A DNA stretch of 64,000 nucleotides from Synergistaceae bacterium UBA4066. Its GTDB lineage: Bacteria > Synergistota > Synergistia > Synergistales > Thermovirgaceae. Position numbers and translations under genes: made by a program. How positions within the stretch are numbered: the first letter of the stretch is position 1; each line of letters starts with the position of its first letter. The DNA is taken from contig DFZC01000051.1 of the NCBI GenBank assembly GCA_002383685.1, positions 575-64,574 on the forward strand, given 5' to 3'. Below the pieces are notes generated by a model. The model did no database searches. It saw nothing but the letters and a program-made list of their open reading frames with translations, and was not told where the DNA came from. Shown here piece after piece: positions 6,830 through 15,784 of this stretch.

Positions 6830-7792
6830 CTACCTGACGGGCCTCCTGTTAATGCCTCGCCTGACTTCTTTTTCATCGGGGAAGAAAACCGCGTGAAGGA
6901 TCTCGCCATTGTGGACCAGCGCTGAGCCAATGAGTCCCTTACCGGCGAAACGGACGTCTTCCCCCCTGCCTGCGGATTCCTTGACGGACACCCCTGCCAT
7001 AGAAGCCCTGCCCAGGAATTCCCGGGCCTGCTCCACCCCGGCCTCGCCCCTTGCAGGAATTTTGCCTGCAGCGATCTCCACGGCATAGCTCTTAAGGATC
7101 CTCGGGTAGAGTTCCCTGAACGATCCGGCCTTGGCAACGTACTCAAAGCCCGCAGGGTCTCCTCCCCAGAAGAAGATCACCCCGCGCTGTCCATCGCGCA
7201 ATGGAAGTGAAGAACTGAAGGAATCCATCTTACTTTCCATTTCCTGGAATACATCCCTCATGGCGCAGGTGCGCGAACGTGTGCGGGATTTCATGGTCAG
7301 TTCGTCAATATGGTCCCAAACCTCCATCTGGTCTGACCTGAAGGAGCTGTCGGACCGGATGTTCTCCCCCACGGAGCGGTTCTTCGAGAACCTTACCGAC
7401 CTGGCAGCCATGGTACCCGAGTCGGCGAAGACGCTGGACGTGTAGTGCCACCTTCCCCTTTCGGTGCAGCTGACGGGAACCACCACTTTGGCATTCGAGG
7501 CTATCAGGACAGTGATGTTGAGGACCCTGTTCTGCTTTGCCCCCTGGAGTTCCTCGCCGTCGAGTATGAGTATGTTCTCGTCCCCCTTGTTAACGACCAG
7601 CAGTTCCGGCACAGTGCCGCCCTGGGTGAGCTCCCGGATCTCTATACTGTCGTTCCTGAAGGCTTCGTTGAGCGTAATGTGGGGCAAATCGCAAGGTATG
7701 GAAGAGAACACCGGGAATGCCGTGAGCCCTTCGTGGCTCGCGGGCTCGCCTATCTCGAGGCTTTTGAAGAATTTTTCGATGACGGTCTTCAT
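6830..7792 (-). CDS. ARPP-1 / DUF6569-like protein
   Basis: 320 aa from ATG 7792, after GGGAGGTGG. The N-terminal pattern LTAFPVF...ITLNEA...LILDGEELQGAKQNRVLNITVL...VPVSCTERGRW matches my recollection of the DUF6569 (ARPP-1) family. Not verified by HMM. Confidence 0.5.
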   Translation of the reverse strand: MKTVIEKFFKSLEIGEPASHEGLTAFPVFSSIPCDLPHITLNEAFRNDSIEIRELTQGGTVPELLVVNKGDENILILDGEELQGAKQNRVLNITVLIASNAKVVVPVSCTERGRWHYTSSVFADSGTMAARSVRFSKNRSVGENIRSDSSFRSDQMEVWDHIDELTMKSRTRSRTCAMRDVFQEMESKMDSFSSSLPLRDGQRGVIFFWGGDPAGFEYVAKAGSFRELYPRILKSYAVEIAAGKIPARGEAGVEQAREFLGRASMAGVSVKESAGRGEDVRFAGKGLIGSALVHNGEILHAVFFPDEKEVRRGINRRPVR

Positions 7793-7918
7793 AAAGACCA
7801 CCTCCCGCATAACATTCTAGGGAGGGCAAGCGTCATTTTAGATGTGGCATCAAAACTGATTTCGACCTGGTGTTCAAATTGATATATGCTTTAGAAAACG
7901 TATGGGGAGGTTGCCAAC

Positions 7919-8395
7919 ATGGCACAAATGTCTCCATCTGAAACAGGGAAGCATGCGGAAGACCTTTTCAGGCAAGGACTCTTCTGCGCCGAAAGCGCGG
8001 TCCTTGCCATCGCCGAGTCGCAGGGGTCGGAGTCGGGGATCCTCCCCAGGGCCGCCACGGGGTTCTGCAGCGGCATGGCCCGCACCTGCGGTACCTGCGG
8101 CGCGCTCTCGGGGGCTATCATGGGGTTGGGACTGGTCCTGGGCCGGGACAACGCCGACGGGTCGGTTGAAAGGACATACGAGGCAGTGGGGAAACTGATC
8201 CGACGGTTCGAAGAGGAGTTCGGGTCGACCAACTGCAGGGGCATCCTGGACTGCGACCTTGGCACACCCGAAGGCCAGGCCTTTTTCAGGGAGAACAACC
8301 TGAGGGAGCTCTGCGCAAGGATCACCGGAAGGGCCGCCGGGATAGCTTCAGAACTTGTTAGGGAAACTGAAGATAAAGGCCGACAGGAGTGTTGA
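7919..8395 (+). CDS. C_GCAxxG_C_C family protein
   Basis: 158 aa with the family signature CAESAVLAI...GFCSGMARTCGTCGALSGAIMGLG...CRGIL...C. Confidence 0.8.
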   Translation: MAQMSPSETGKHAEDLFRQGLFCAESAVLAIAESQGSESGILPRAATGFCSGMARTCGTCGALSGAIMGLGLVLGRDNADGSVERTYEAVGKLIRRFEEEFGSTNCRGILDCDLGTPEGQAFFRENNLRELCARITGRAAGIASELVRETEDKGRQEC

Positions 8396-9231
8396 GCTTG
8401 CCAACTGCACGGGAGACGGAATTCGCAGCCCTGGACCTGGAGACTACCGGGCTTGACCCCCTTAATGACCGGATCGTGGAGGCAGCGGCGGTGATATTCA
8501 GGGGGCATGAGGTTCTGGATTCCTTCGAGACCCTTGTGAACCCCGGGGTGAGGATAACCCCTGCACTGACGGCTATCCACGGTATTAACAACAGCATGGT
8601 CAAAGGGGCACCCTCGCCCGTGGAGGCAGTTGGCCGTCTTGCCGGGTTCGTGGGGGAAAGGCCGCTGGTGATCCAGAACGCGCCCTTCGACCTGGGGTTC
8701 ATGGAGACGGTACGGCAGGAAAATTTCCAGGAGTCCCTGGTCAACGACGTGTTCGATACTTGCAGGATGGCACCCCTGGTCTTTCCGGGTCTTCCCGGTT
8801 ACAGCCTGGGCAGCATGGCGCGATCCCTCAAGGTCGCCAAGGGGCGAGATCACCGGGCACTGGACGATTCGCTTGCAGCCATGGGGATATTCCTGAAGTG
8901 CCTGGAGAAGATCGACCCCGACGGGAGAATGGGTTACGGCATCTTCGAAAGATCGTGGTCCCTGACAGCCCTGATGGCCCTCGAGAGGACAACGCTGAAC
9001 ATGGAATGGCCCGAGGGTTTTGAACTTCTGAAAGAGGCCCGGGAGAGTTCCGGCCGGGTGCTGATAGTCTACCGCGGGGGCAACGGGACGATAACAGAGA
9101 GGGTCATCGAACCCACAGGGCTTGTCAGGATCGGAGGCAGGATCATGCTCGAGGCCTGGTGCGGCCTCCGGGGCGAGAGCCGAACCTTCAGGTTCGACAG
9201 GATACTGGAGATACGCCCGCAGGAGAAGTAG
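8389..9231 (+). CDS. DEDDh (DnaQ/PolIII-epsilon-like) 3'-5' exonuclease fused to a C-terminal WYL-like domain
   Basis: Exo I is ALDLETTG, Exo II is VIQNAPFDLGFM, Exo III is DHRALDDSLA. The C-terminal GRVLIVYRGGNGTITERVIEPTGLVRIGGRIMLEAWCGLRGESRTFRFDRILEI fits the WYL fold pattern. The start may be TTG 8398, which lies 8 nt after AGGAG. Confidence 0.8.
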   Translation: MLSLPTARETEFAALDLETTGLDPLNDRIVEAAAVIFRGHEVLDSFETLVNPGVRITPALTAIHGINNSMVKGAPSPVEAVGRLAGFVGERPLVIQNAPFDLGFMETVRQENFQESLVNDVFDTCRMAPLVFPGLPGYSLGSMARSLKVAKGRDHRALDDSLAAMGIFLKCLEKIDPDGRMGYGIFERSWSLTALMALERTTLNMEWPEGFELLKEARESSGRVLIVYRGGNGTITERVIEPTGLVRIGGRIMLEAWCGLRGESRTFRFDRILEIRPQEK

Positions 9232-9238
9232 CAAAAGA

Positions 9239-9263
9239 CCCCGCCTGAGCGGGGCCTTTTATT
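9239..9263. terminator. bidirectional rho-independent terminator
   Basis: aaaaga-ccccgc-ctga-gcgggg-ccttttatt. It lies between the exonuclease stop (9231) and the tRNA-Arg 3' end (9270). Confidence 0.7.
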
Positions 9264-9269
9264 GTTAAG

Positions 9270-9346
9270 TGGCGCGCCGGACAGGAGTCGAACCCGTAAC
9301 CTTCGGATCCGTAGTCCGATGCTCTATCCAATTGAGCTACCGGCGC
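9270..9346 (-). tRNA. tRNA-Arg (anticodon ACG), CCA encoded
   Basis: Folded by hand. Acceptor is GCGCCGG/CCGGCGC, D stem GCTC/GAGC, anticodon arm TCGGA-CTACGGA-TCCGA, T arm ACGGG-TTCGACT-CCTGT, discriminator G, then CCA. Confidence 0.9.
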
Positions 9347-9364
9347 GCAATACGTGAAACCAGT

Positions 9365-9458
9365 TGGCGGTGGGACAGGGATTCGAACCCTGGAGGGAGG
9401 TTTAAGCCCCCCTACTCGCTTAGCAGGCGAGTGCCTTCAGCCGCTCGGCCATCCCACC
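9365..9458 (-). tRNA. tRNA-Ser (anticodon GCU), long variable arm, CCA encoded
   Basis: Acceptor is GGTGGGA/TCCCACC, anticodon arm CTCGC-CTGCTAA-GCGAG, long variable arm, T arm CAGGG-TTCGAAT-CCCTG, then G and CCA. Confidence 0.9.
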
Positions 9459-9480
9459 AGGCGCAAATCATGCGCGGTCT

Positions 9481-9509
9481 ATTCTATGCACCCTTAAGGG
9501 GTGTGTCAA
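9481..9509 (-). promoter_or_regulatory. near-consensus sigma70-type promoter for the tRNA-Ser/tRNA-Arg pair
   Basis: The minus strand reads TTGACA-17 nt-TAGAAT. The -10 element ends 22 nt upstream of the mature tRNA-Ser 5' end. Confidence 0.6.
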
Positions 9510-9524
9510 GAACGCCTCCGGCAG

Positions 9525-10595
9525 TTATTCAGAGGCTTCTTCTTCCTGTTGTGCTTCTGTCTCCCCACCGGTTTCCCCTTCAACTTCTTCCTGCGGCGGG
9601 ACTTCGAAGAACTCGGGGGCAAGGATCTTTATGTTGGCCTGCTGAAGGAGACCTTCAAGGTACTCGTTCTGAACGCCATGCCTCTTCTGCTGGGCGATCA
9701 TGTTCCTGATCTCGGCATTTGCCTCGTCGAAGGTGGCTATGGTCTCTTCTTTTTTCTCCAGCTTGATGACCAGGGCAAAGTCGTTATCTGCCACGGCGAT
9801 GGGCTCGGAGACCTTGCCGATCGGGGTGTCCGCAATTGGCTTGAGGAGCCCTTCCTCCAGATCGCGAAGGGTCACGAAGGCCGGCTCCCCGGAAAGGGTA
9901 TAGTCGATGGCGGATTCCTTGTACCCCTCCATCGCTTCGTCCCAGTTCTTTCCGTCGTCAAGCGCCTTTTTGACGGCTTCGGCTTCCTCCCGGGTCTTGA
10001 AACGGGCGAACATCACACTGTACCCCTCGGGCTGACGGAAGAAAAGATCTTTAGTCTCCTCGTAGAATTCCAGCGCTTCTTCGTCGGTAACTTCGACATT
10101 ACCGGCGCTGGCGTCGAGGACCATTCTCTGGGCTAACTGCACCCGGATCTGCTCCTGGAGATCCTTCATCTTGATGCCGCTGTTGTCCATGTACTGCTGG
10201 AAGGCCTCCTTTGTCGGGAACTGCCCCTCTATACGCTTGACGGCAGCATCGATCTCCTCTTTGGGGACCTCTATCTTCTGCCTTTTTGCCTCCAGCTGGA
10301 GCATGTGCTGCATGGCTATGCTGTTAAGCACCTGCTTGCGCATGGAGACAATGGACTCGACTGAGAGGTCCGACTGACCGGTCTGCTGGGCGTAGTTCCT
10401 GACCCCCATGACTATGTGGGAGGCCATGACCTGCTCGCCGCCTATGCTCGCTACGGGAAAATCTCCCTCGACACCCTGGGGGCCTGAAGGCCTGCTCCCC
10501 CTGGTGATGTACATGCCAAAGATGGAGGCCACGAAAACGATCACAACTACGATCATAATGGCCCGGGTCCTGGTCCTTAAAGCCTGCATTATCAC
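9525..10595 (-). CDS. membrane-anchored SurA-N/PpiD-like periplasmic chaperone (parvulin-type PPIase domain)
   Basis: 356 aa with an N-terminal TM helix (AIMIVVVIVFVASIFG), a SurA_N-like region, a parvulin-like segment and an acidic C-terminal tail. Confidence 0.65.
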   Translation of the reverse strand: MIMQALRTRTRAIMIVVVIVFVASIFGMYITRGSRPSGPQGVEGDFPVASIGGEQVMASHIVMGVRNYAQQTGQSDLSVESIVSMRKQVLNSIAMQHMLQLEAKRQKIEVPKEEIDAAVKRIEGQFPTKEAFQQYMDNSGIKMKDLQEQIRVQLAQRMVLDASAGNVEVTDEEALEFYEETKDLFFRQPEGYSVMFARFKTREEAEAVKKALDDGKNWDEAMEGYKESAIDYTLSGEPAFVTLRDLEEGLLKPIADTPIGKVSEPIAVADNDFALVIKLEKKEETIATFDEANAEIRNMIAQQKRHGVQNEYLEGLLQQANIKILAPEFFEVPPQEEVEGETGGETEAQQEEEASE

Positions 10596-10696
10596 GATGT
10601 ATCTTCCTCCTTACCCTTTATGGAGAGTTATCTTCGGGAATTTTTCAGCGTGTACAATAATACGTTCCAACCGTGGCCCTGTCAAAGGTATTTTTA

Positions 10697-13240
10697 TCAG
10701 ATATCCTCAAAGGATGTCCCGCTCTTCACCTGGACCTCAAGCGGCACCGAGAGGTTTGCAGCTCCCTCCATGGATCCCCTGAGGATCTTAGATACGTCTT
10801 CCTTGATACCCGGTGAGCATTCGACGACCAGGGAGTCGTGCACCTGCAGCACCAGGGGGGCTTCTATGCCACCCTCGCTTGCGGCGCGGAAATATCGGAC
10901 CATCGCGACACGCGCTATGTCAGCCGCGCTGCCCTGGAGAGGGGTGTTGACGGCCACCCTCTCTATGGCGCCGGCGCCCCTTCCCTCCACGGTGGAGACT
11001 TCGGCAAGGGGACGGATCCTCCCGAAAAGGGTTGTAGTGAAGCCCTTCTCCCTGGCCTCCCTGGCGGAGCCCTCCATGTAATCCCTTACCCTGGGGAAGG
11101 CCTTGAAGTACCTGTCGATGACCGACGCGGCCTCTTCCCTCCCTATGCCCATACGCTGGGACAGGCCATGGACGCCCATACCGTACAGAAGGCCGAAGTT
11201 GACGACCTTGGCCATGCGCCTCTGCTCGTTGGTTACTTCGCCGTTCCCCCCCCCGAAGATCCAGTAGGCCGTTTCTGAGTGGATATCGCGCCCCTGGGCA
11301 AAGGCATCCTTCAGGCGGTCCTCACCGCAAATGTGGGCCAGGATCCTGAGTTCCACCTGGGAGTAATCGCCGGCCAGGAAAATATTACCCTCGACCCGGG
11401 GCTTGAGGGCCCTCCTGAGCCTCCCCGCCCAGTTGCCGAAAGCAGGGATGTTCTGGAGGTTGGGGTCACGACTGCTGAGGCGGCCAGTCCCTGTGACGGT
11501 GTGTTCAAGCGTAGTGTGGACACAGCCTGTATCGGGGTCGACCCCCTTAAGAAGAGGATGGATGAAGCCTGTGATGACCTTGGTGATCTCCCTGTACTCC
11601 AGGAGCATTTGCGGGACCTCGGGGTCACCGACGGGAAGACCGGCTAGTTCCTCAAGGACCGAGACATCCGTAGAGAGCCCCGTTTTGATCTTCTTTACCG
11701 GCGGGAACCCCAGTTTTTCGAAGAGGAGCCAGGCTACCTGTTTGGGGGAGTTGAGGTTGACGTGGGTGTCGACCCTGCCGTCGATATTGGTGGATATCTC
11801 CCCGGTGCGCAGGTCAAGCTCCTCTTCCAGCGCGCTGAGAAGCCTTTTGTCCACCCTTACCCCGTGCCGCTCTATCGATGCCAGGACAGGGCAGAGGGGG
11901 GTATCTACCTCCATCATTACTTTCGCAAGGTCCCCCGCAACAATGCCAGGCTCCAGTTCCCGACGGGATCTCCAGAGTCCGGCGGTTTCTTCCGGTGAGG
12001 CTGAGATCCGGCCTGGAGCGGTACCCTCAGGATGGAGGGCATACCGGGCAAGCCTGACGTCCCATACATTGGCCGGGTGGGGCAAGAGCGACGGCGACGC
12101 TGCGCATATCTCCTTGTAACCGCTGGTGGTGACCCTGCCTTTTTTCGCCCATCGGGAGATTTTCTCCATCACATCCGGCGAAGCGTCTCCCTTCCAGAAT
12201 TCGCCTTCCGGGGAACAGAGGCAGACCTCGTCGATGCGGAACCTCTGGGGATACTCCCCGGAACCCGTCCATCCCAAGGCTAGTTCTTCCTTTTCAAGAA
12301 CCTTTTCCAGTGGGGTTTCCCGCTGTTCGAGTGACGAAAGCTCCCGTTCAGGAGCTGGGGCGGTATCGGCAGCTTCACCCAGGAGGCGTTCGGAAAGTTT
12401 TTTCAGTGCGAAGCGGTCGAAAAGCGCCGCCAGCTCGTCGCGCTTCATGCCATGCAGGGCGAGGTCACCTGCATCGAGAGGCTCGTCGAGACGCAGCCTG
12501 GTGAGTTCCCGGCTTGAAAAGGCCGTATCCCTGCCCTCTTCAAGTTTTTTCCTGAGGGCGGGCTTCATTCCATCGAGGTTTTCGTAGATCCCTTCAAGGG
12601 AACCGTGTTCGGCCAGAAGGGATCTGGCTGTCTTGTCGCCGACGCCTTTTATTCCGGGGACGTTATCCACGCTGTCCCCCACCATGGCCAGGTAATCGGC
12701 CATGGATGCCGGGGGAAACCCGTAGTCCTCGCGGAAGCTTTCATGGGTCCAGGCACGGAACTCGCTGACCCCTTTCACGGGACGCATTACCGAAAGACCC
12801 TCTTCAAGGACCTGGAGAATGTCCTTGTCGGCCGTGAGGATAACCACCCTGATGCCTTTTCCGGCTGCGGACCTGGCGGTGGAGGCTATTACATCGTCGG
12901 CCTCGACGCCTTGCTTTTCAATAACTGGAAGCCCCAGCCCTTCAGAAAATTCCTTGATAAAAGGGAGCTGGACCTTGAACTCGGGGGGTGTGGGCTGACG
13001 CCCCTCCTTGTAGGCTTCGTAGGCCTCATGACGGAAGGTCGGCCCCGGGGCGTCGAACACTACGGCGGCGAGGTCGGGTTTGACATCTTCCATGGTTTTA
13101 AGGAGCATATTGGCGTAGCCCAGCAGTGCGTTCGTGGGAGTCCCGTCCGGGGCAGTGAGCTCCGGAAGGGCAAAAAAGGCCCTGAAAGCAAGGCCGTGAC
13201 CATCTACGAGAAGGATCGTTCTTTCAGGCAACTGCCCCAT
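10697..13240 (-). CDS. polA: DNA polymerase I
   Basis: 5'-nuclease N-terminus is ILLVDGHGLAFRAFFA. Pol motif A is LAGDYSQVELRILAH, motif B is RRMAKVVNFGLLYGM, motif C is LQVHDSLV. Start set to ATG 13240. The track ORF extends to 13366, across the gltX start. Confidence 0.95.
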   Translation of the reverse strand: MGQLPERTILLVDGHGLAFRAFFALPELTAPDGTPTNALLGYANMLLKTMEDVKPDLAAVVFDAPGPTFRHEAYEAYKEGRQPTPPEFKVQLPFIKEFSEGLGLPVIEKQGVEADDVIASTARSAAGKGIRVVILTADKDILQVLEEGLSVMRPVKGVSEFRAWTHESFREDYGFPPASMADYLAMVGDSVDNVPGIKGVGDKTARSLLAEHGSLEGIYENLDGMKPALRKKLEEGRDTAFSSRELTRLRLDEPLDAGDLALHGMKRDELAALFDRFALKKLSERLLGEAADTAPAPERELSSLEQRETPLEKVLEKEELALGWTGSGEYPQRFRIDEVCLCSPEGEFWKGDASPDVMEKISRWAKKGRVTTSGYKEICAASPSLLPHPANVWDVRLARYALHPEGTAPGRISASPEETAGLWRSRRELEPGIVAGDLAKVMMEVDTPLCPVLASIERHGVRVDKRLLSALEEELDLRTGEISTNIDGRVDTHVNLNSPKQVAWLLFEKLGFPPVKKIKTGLSTDVSVLEELAGLPVGDPEVPQMLLEYREITKVITGFIHPLLKGVDPDTGCVHTTLEHTVTGTGRLSSRDPNLQNIPAFGNWAGRLRRALKPRVEGNIFLAGDYSQVELRILAHICGEDRLKDAFAQGRDIHSETAYWIFGGGNGEVTNEQRRMAKVVNFGLLYGMGVHGLSQRMGIGREEAASVIDRYFKAFPRVRDYMEGSAREAREKGFTTTLFGRIRPLAEVSTVEGRGAGAIERVAVNTPLQGSAADIARVAMVRYFRAASEGGIEAPLVLQVHDSLVVECSPGIKEDVSKILRGSMEGAANLSVPLEVQVKSGTSFEDI

Positions 13241-13325
13241 CTCCTTTGAGAGGGAATTTTGGGGTATACTGCTGTTCGGCTCTGATGCTAAGGGATAGGA
13301 TACCACCAGGGAAGGATGAACTGAA

Positions 13326-14651
13326 ATGAATTCGACAACCAGGGTACGTTTTGCACCCAGCCCCACAGGGGCGCTTCATATTGGCGGAGCCCACACGGCA
13401 CTGTTCAACTGGCTCTGGGCCCGCAGGAACGGCGGCGCGTTCGTCCTGCGCATAGAGGACACTGACCTTGTCCGTTCCACCAGCGAGTACGAAAGGACCA
13501 TCCTCCAGGGCCTGAACTGGCTGGGCCTCGACTGGGACGAGGGGCCCGACGTGGGCGGAAGCCACGGGCCTTACAGGCAGTCCGAAAGAAGGGGTATCTA
13601 CCTGGAGCACGCCATGAGGCTGGTGGAGTCGGGGCAGGCCTACCGCGAAGGTGAGGCCGTGATCTTCTCGGTCCCCCAGGACAAAATGGTGGCCTTTGAC
13701 GACGTGGTCTACGGCCACATAGAGATGGCCAGCGAAACACTCAAGGACATCGTGCTGATCAAGAGCGACGGGTTCCCCACCTACAACTATGCCGTCGTGG
13801 TGGACGACCACAGCATGGAGATCTCCCACGTCATAAGGGGCGAAGACCATATTTCCAACACGCCAAAGCAGATACTTCTTTACGAAGCGCTTGGCTGGGA
13901 GGTACCGACCTTTGCGCATCTTCCCATGATCCTGGGCAGGGACAAGAAGAAACTCTCAAAGCGTCACGGCGCAACAAGCGTATACGAGTACCGGGACATG
14001 GGCTACCATCCCGACGCCCTGTTCAACTATTTCGCCCTGCTGGGGTGGAACCCCGGCGACGACAGGGAGATATTCACCCGCGAAGAGGCGGTAGGGATGT
14101 TCGACCTTGCCAGGGTCACCAAAAAGGCCGCCGTGTTCGACATGGACAAGCTGAACTTTGTGAACCAGGCACACATCACCAAGATGCCCCCTCTGGAAAG
14201 GGCCAGGCATACCATCCCGTTCTGGAAAGAGGCGGGCCTGAGACCGGAAGAACGGAGCGAGGAGTGGCTGGGGGGAGTGCTGGACCTTCTCGAGGGCAGG
14301 GGACAGACCTTCAGGGAACTGGCGGAGTACACCGACTACTTCCTGTCATTCGAGCCCGTAAAGCTTCGCTACAGCGCCTCCGACCTGGACGAGGAACACA
14401 GGGAGACGCTGAAGAAGTTCTTCTCCACCATGCTGGCCATACCTTCCTGGTTGCCCGAACAGCTGGAGGTCACCGCCAAGTCCTGGTGTGACGCGAACGG
14501 CGTAAAGCTGAAGGACGTGGCAATGCCCCTGAGATGGGCCCTTACGGGCCGCAAGGTAAGCCCCGGGATATTCCACGTTGCGGTATTCCTCGGACGGGAA
14601 GAGGTCAGGAAAAGGTTATCATATTACGGACTGGTCCAGGAAAGTGTCTAA
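13326..14651 (+). CDS. gltX: glutamate--tRNA ligase
   Basis: RFAPSPTGALHIGGAHTALFNW (HIGH-type motif), RIEDTD, and KLSKRHG (KMSKS). Confidence 0.95.
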   Translation: MNSTTRVRFAPSPTGALHIGGAHTALFNWLWARRNGGAFVLRIEDTDLVRSTSEYERTILQGLNWLGLDWDEGPDVGGSHGPYRQSERRGIYLEHAMRLVESGQAYREGEAVIFSVPQDKMVAFDDVVYGHIEMASETLKDIVLIKSDGFPTYNYAVVVDDHSMEISHVIRGEDHISNTPKQILLYEALGWEVPTFAHLPMILGRDKKKLSKRHGATSVYEYRDMGYHPDALFNYFALLGWNPGDDREIFTREEAVGMFDLARVTKKAAVFDMDKLNFVNQAHITKMPPLERARHTIPFWKEAGLRPEERSEEWLGGVLDLLEGRGQTFRELAEYTDYFLSFEPVKLRYSASDLDEEHRETLKKFFSTMLAIPSWLPEQLEVTAKSWCDANGVKLKDVAMPLRWALTGRKVSPGIFHVAVFLGREEVRKRLSYYGLVQESV

Positions 14652-14665
14652 CGGGGATAATTTGA

Positions 14666-14696
14666 GGGGCGCCCGGTGGGGCGCCCCTTTTTTCAA
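14666..14696. terminator. bidirectional rho-independent terminator between convergent gltX and the asparaginase gene
   Basis: 9-bp stem ggggcgccc/gggcgcccc with a 4-nt loop ggtg, followed by a T-run. Confidence 0.75.
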
Positions 14697-15721
14697 TATT
14701 TTTTCAGGAATTTACCCAGGATCCTTCCCGGATCCTGGGGCCAGGCCATCAGGGCATAGCACCCGAGGGCGTGGATGAACTCCACAGGGTAGTCCATCTG
14801 CCCCCATACGTCGAAACCCCTTGAAGACAGGGTGGCCATACCCACGTCGTGATAGGCTGCCGGGTTCTTTACGTCGCCCTCGGCCTGGCTGCAGGCTATC
14901 ACCTGGGGCCTTCGGTCGGGCGGGTAAGCCGACGCGACCTTTTCGAGAAGCGCTGTCGGGGCGTTGCCGGCCCCGAAACCTGCTATGCCAAGTATCTTTT
15001 CGTCCCCCGACAGGAGCGGCTCCGTCCCTGGGGAACAGAACAGCCAGCGGATGCCCCGCCCGGCCTCCCTTGCCTCTTCAGAACCGGTCTCCAGGATCTT
15101 CTTCAGGGAGTGGGGGGTCCTTCCCCTGGGATGGGGCATTTCCGCTATCTCCCCCTCCCTTGCCCACTCGGGAGTGAAGAAAAGGGGCATGCTTCCGACG
15201 GGGATGAAGGCATCGGGGTGCTGGGCCCTGGCCTTGTGGCCCCGGTTGCCCTGTATGAGCTTCCAGTTGCAGTAGATCCAGACACCGGTGAGATCTGAGC
15301 AGACCACCTGGGCGGCCCCGCGCATGTTCACGGTGACGTCCTCCGGGGTGTAATCCAGCGTAAGCTGGCTCCCGGTCAGAACTATGGGTATGCCCACCCC
15401 GGAGAAGCAGAGGCTGAGCCATGCGGCGGAGTGGGCCATCGTGTCGGTGCCGTGAAGTATGAGCACCCCGTCGACGCCCCTCTTTACGGCATCGTCTATC
15501 GCCACGGTCATCTCCACCCAGTGGCCAGGGTCAAGGTTGGAGCTGTCGAGCCCGGGTATTCCCCAGGGTTCGATGCATTCCACTTCCATCTCCTTTTCGG
15601 CAAAAAAGGCAGAGATGTTACCGTGAAGGGCTTTCGTGACAGAGGGGTCGGGCCCCTTCCTATCACCCAGGAACCCGCTGGCGATGGTGCCTCCCGTGAA
15701 GATAACCAGGACCTTTCCCAT
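14693..15721 (-). CDS. L-asparaginase / glutaminase family protein (type I-like)
   Basis: N-terminal VLVIFTGGTIAS catalytic threonine motif and HGTDTMAHSA. Confidence 0.8.
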   Translation of the reverse strand: MGKVLVIFTGGTIASGFLGDRKGPDPSVTKALHGNISAFFAEKEMEVECIEPWGIPGLDSSNLDPGHWVEMTVAIDDAVKRGVDGVLILHGTDTMAHSAAWLSLCFSGVGIPIVLTGSQLTLDYTPEDVTVNMRGAAQVVCSDLTGVWIYCNWKLIQGNRGHKARAQHPDAFIPVGSMPLFFTPEWAREGEIAEMPHPRGRTPHSLKKILETGSEEAREAGRGIRWLFCSPGTEPLLSGDEKILGIAGFGAGNAPTALLEKVASAYPPDRRPQVIACSQAEGDVKNPAAYHDVGMATLSSRGFDVWGQMDYPVEFIHALGCYALMAWPQDPGRILGKFLKKY

Positions 15722-15784
15722 GGGACACCTCCGAAAAAAGGCGGAACCACGATCACCCGCGGTCCCGCCGGTGTCTGCTGTAAC

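Noticed and set aside
7891-9234. 447-aa minus-strand ORF antisense to the C_GCAxxG_C_C and exonuclease genes
   Set aside because: It is a Pro/Arg/Gly/His-rich low-complexity translation with no motifs. The plus-strand genes carry clear family signatures, so this is a typical GC-rich shadow ORF.
13241-13366. N-terminal 42-codon extension of polA that would overlap the divergent gltX start
   Set aside because: The conserved 5'-nuclease domain starts right after the internal Met (MGQLPERTILLVDGHG). The extension has no homology features and would overlap the gltX start region.
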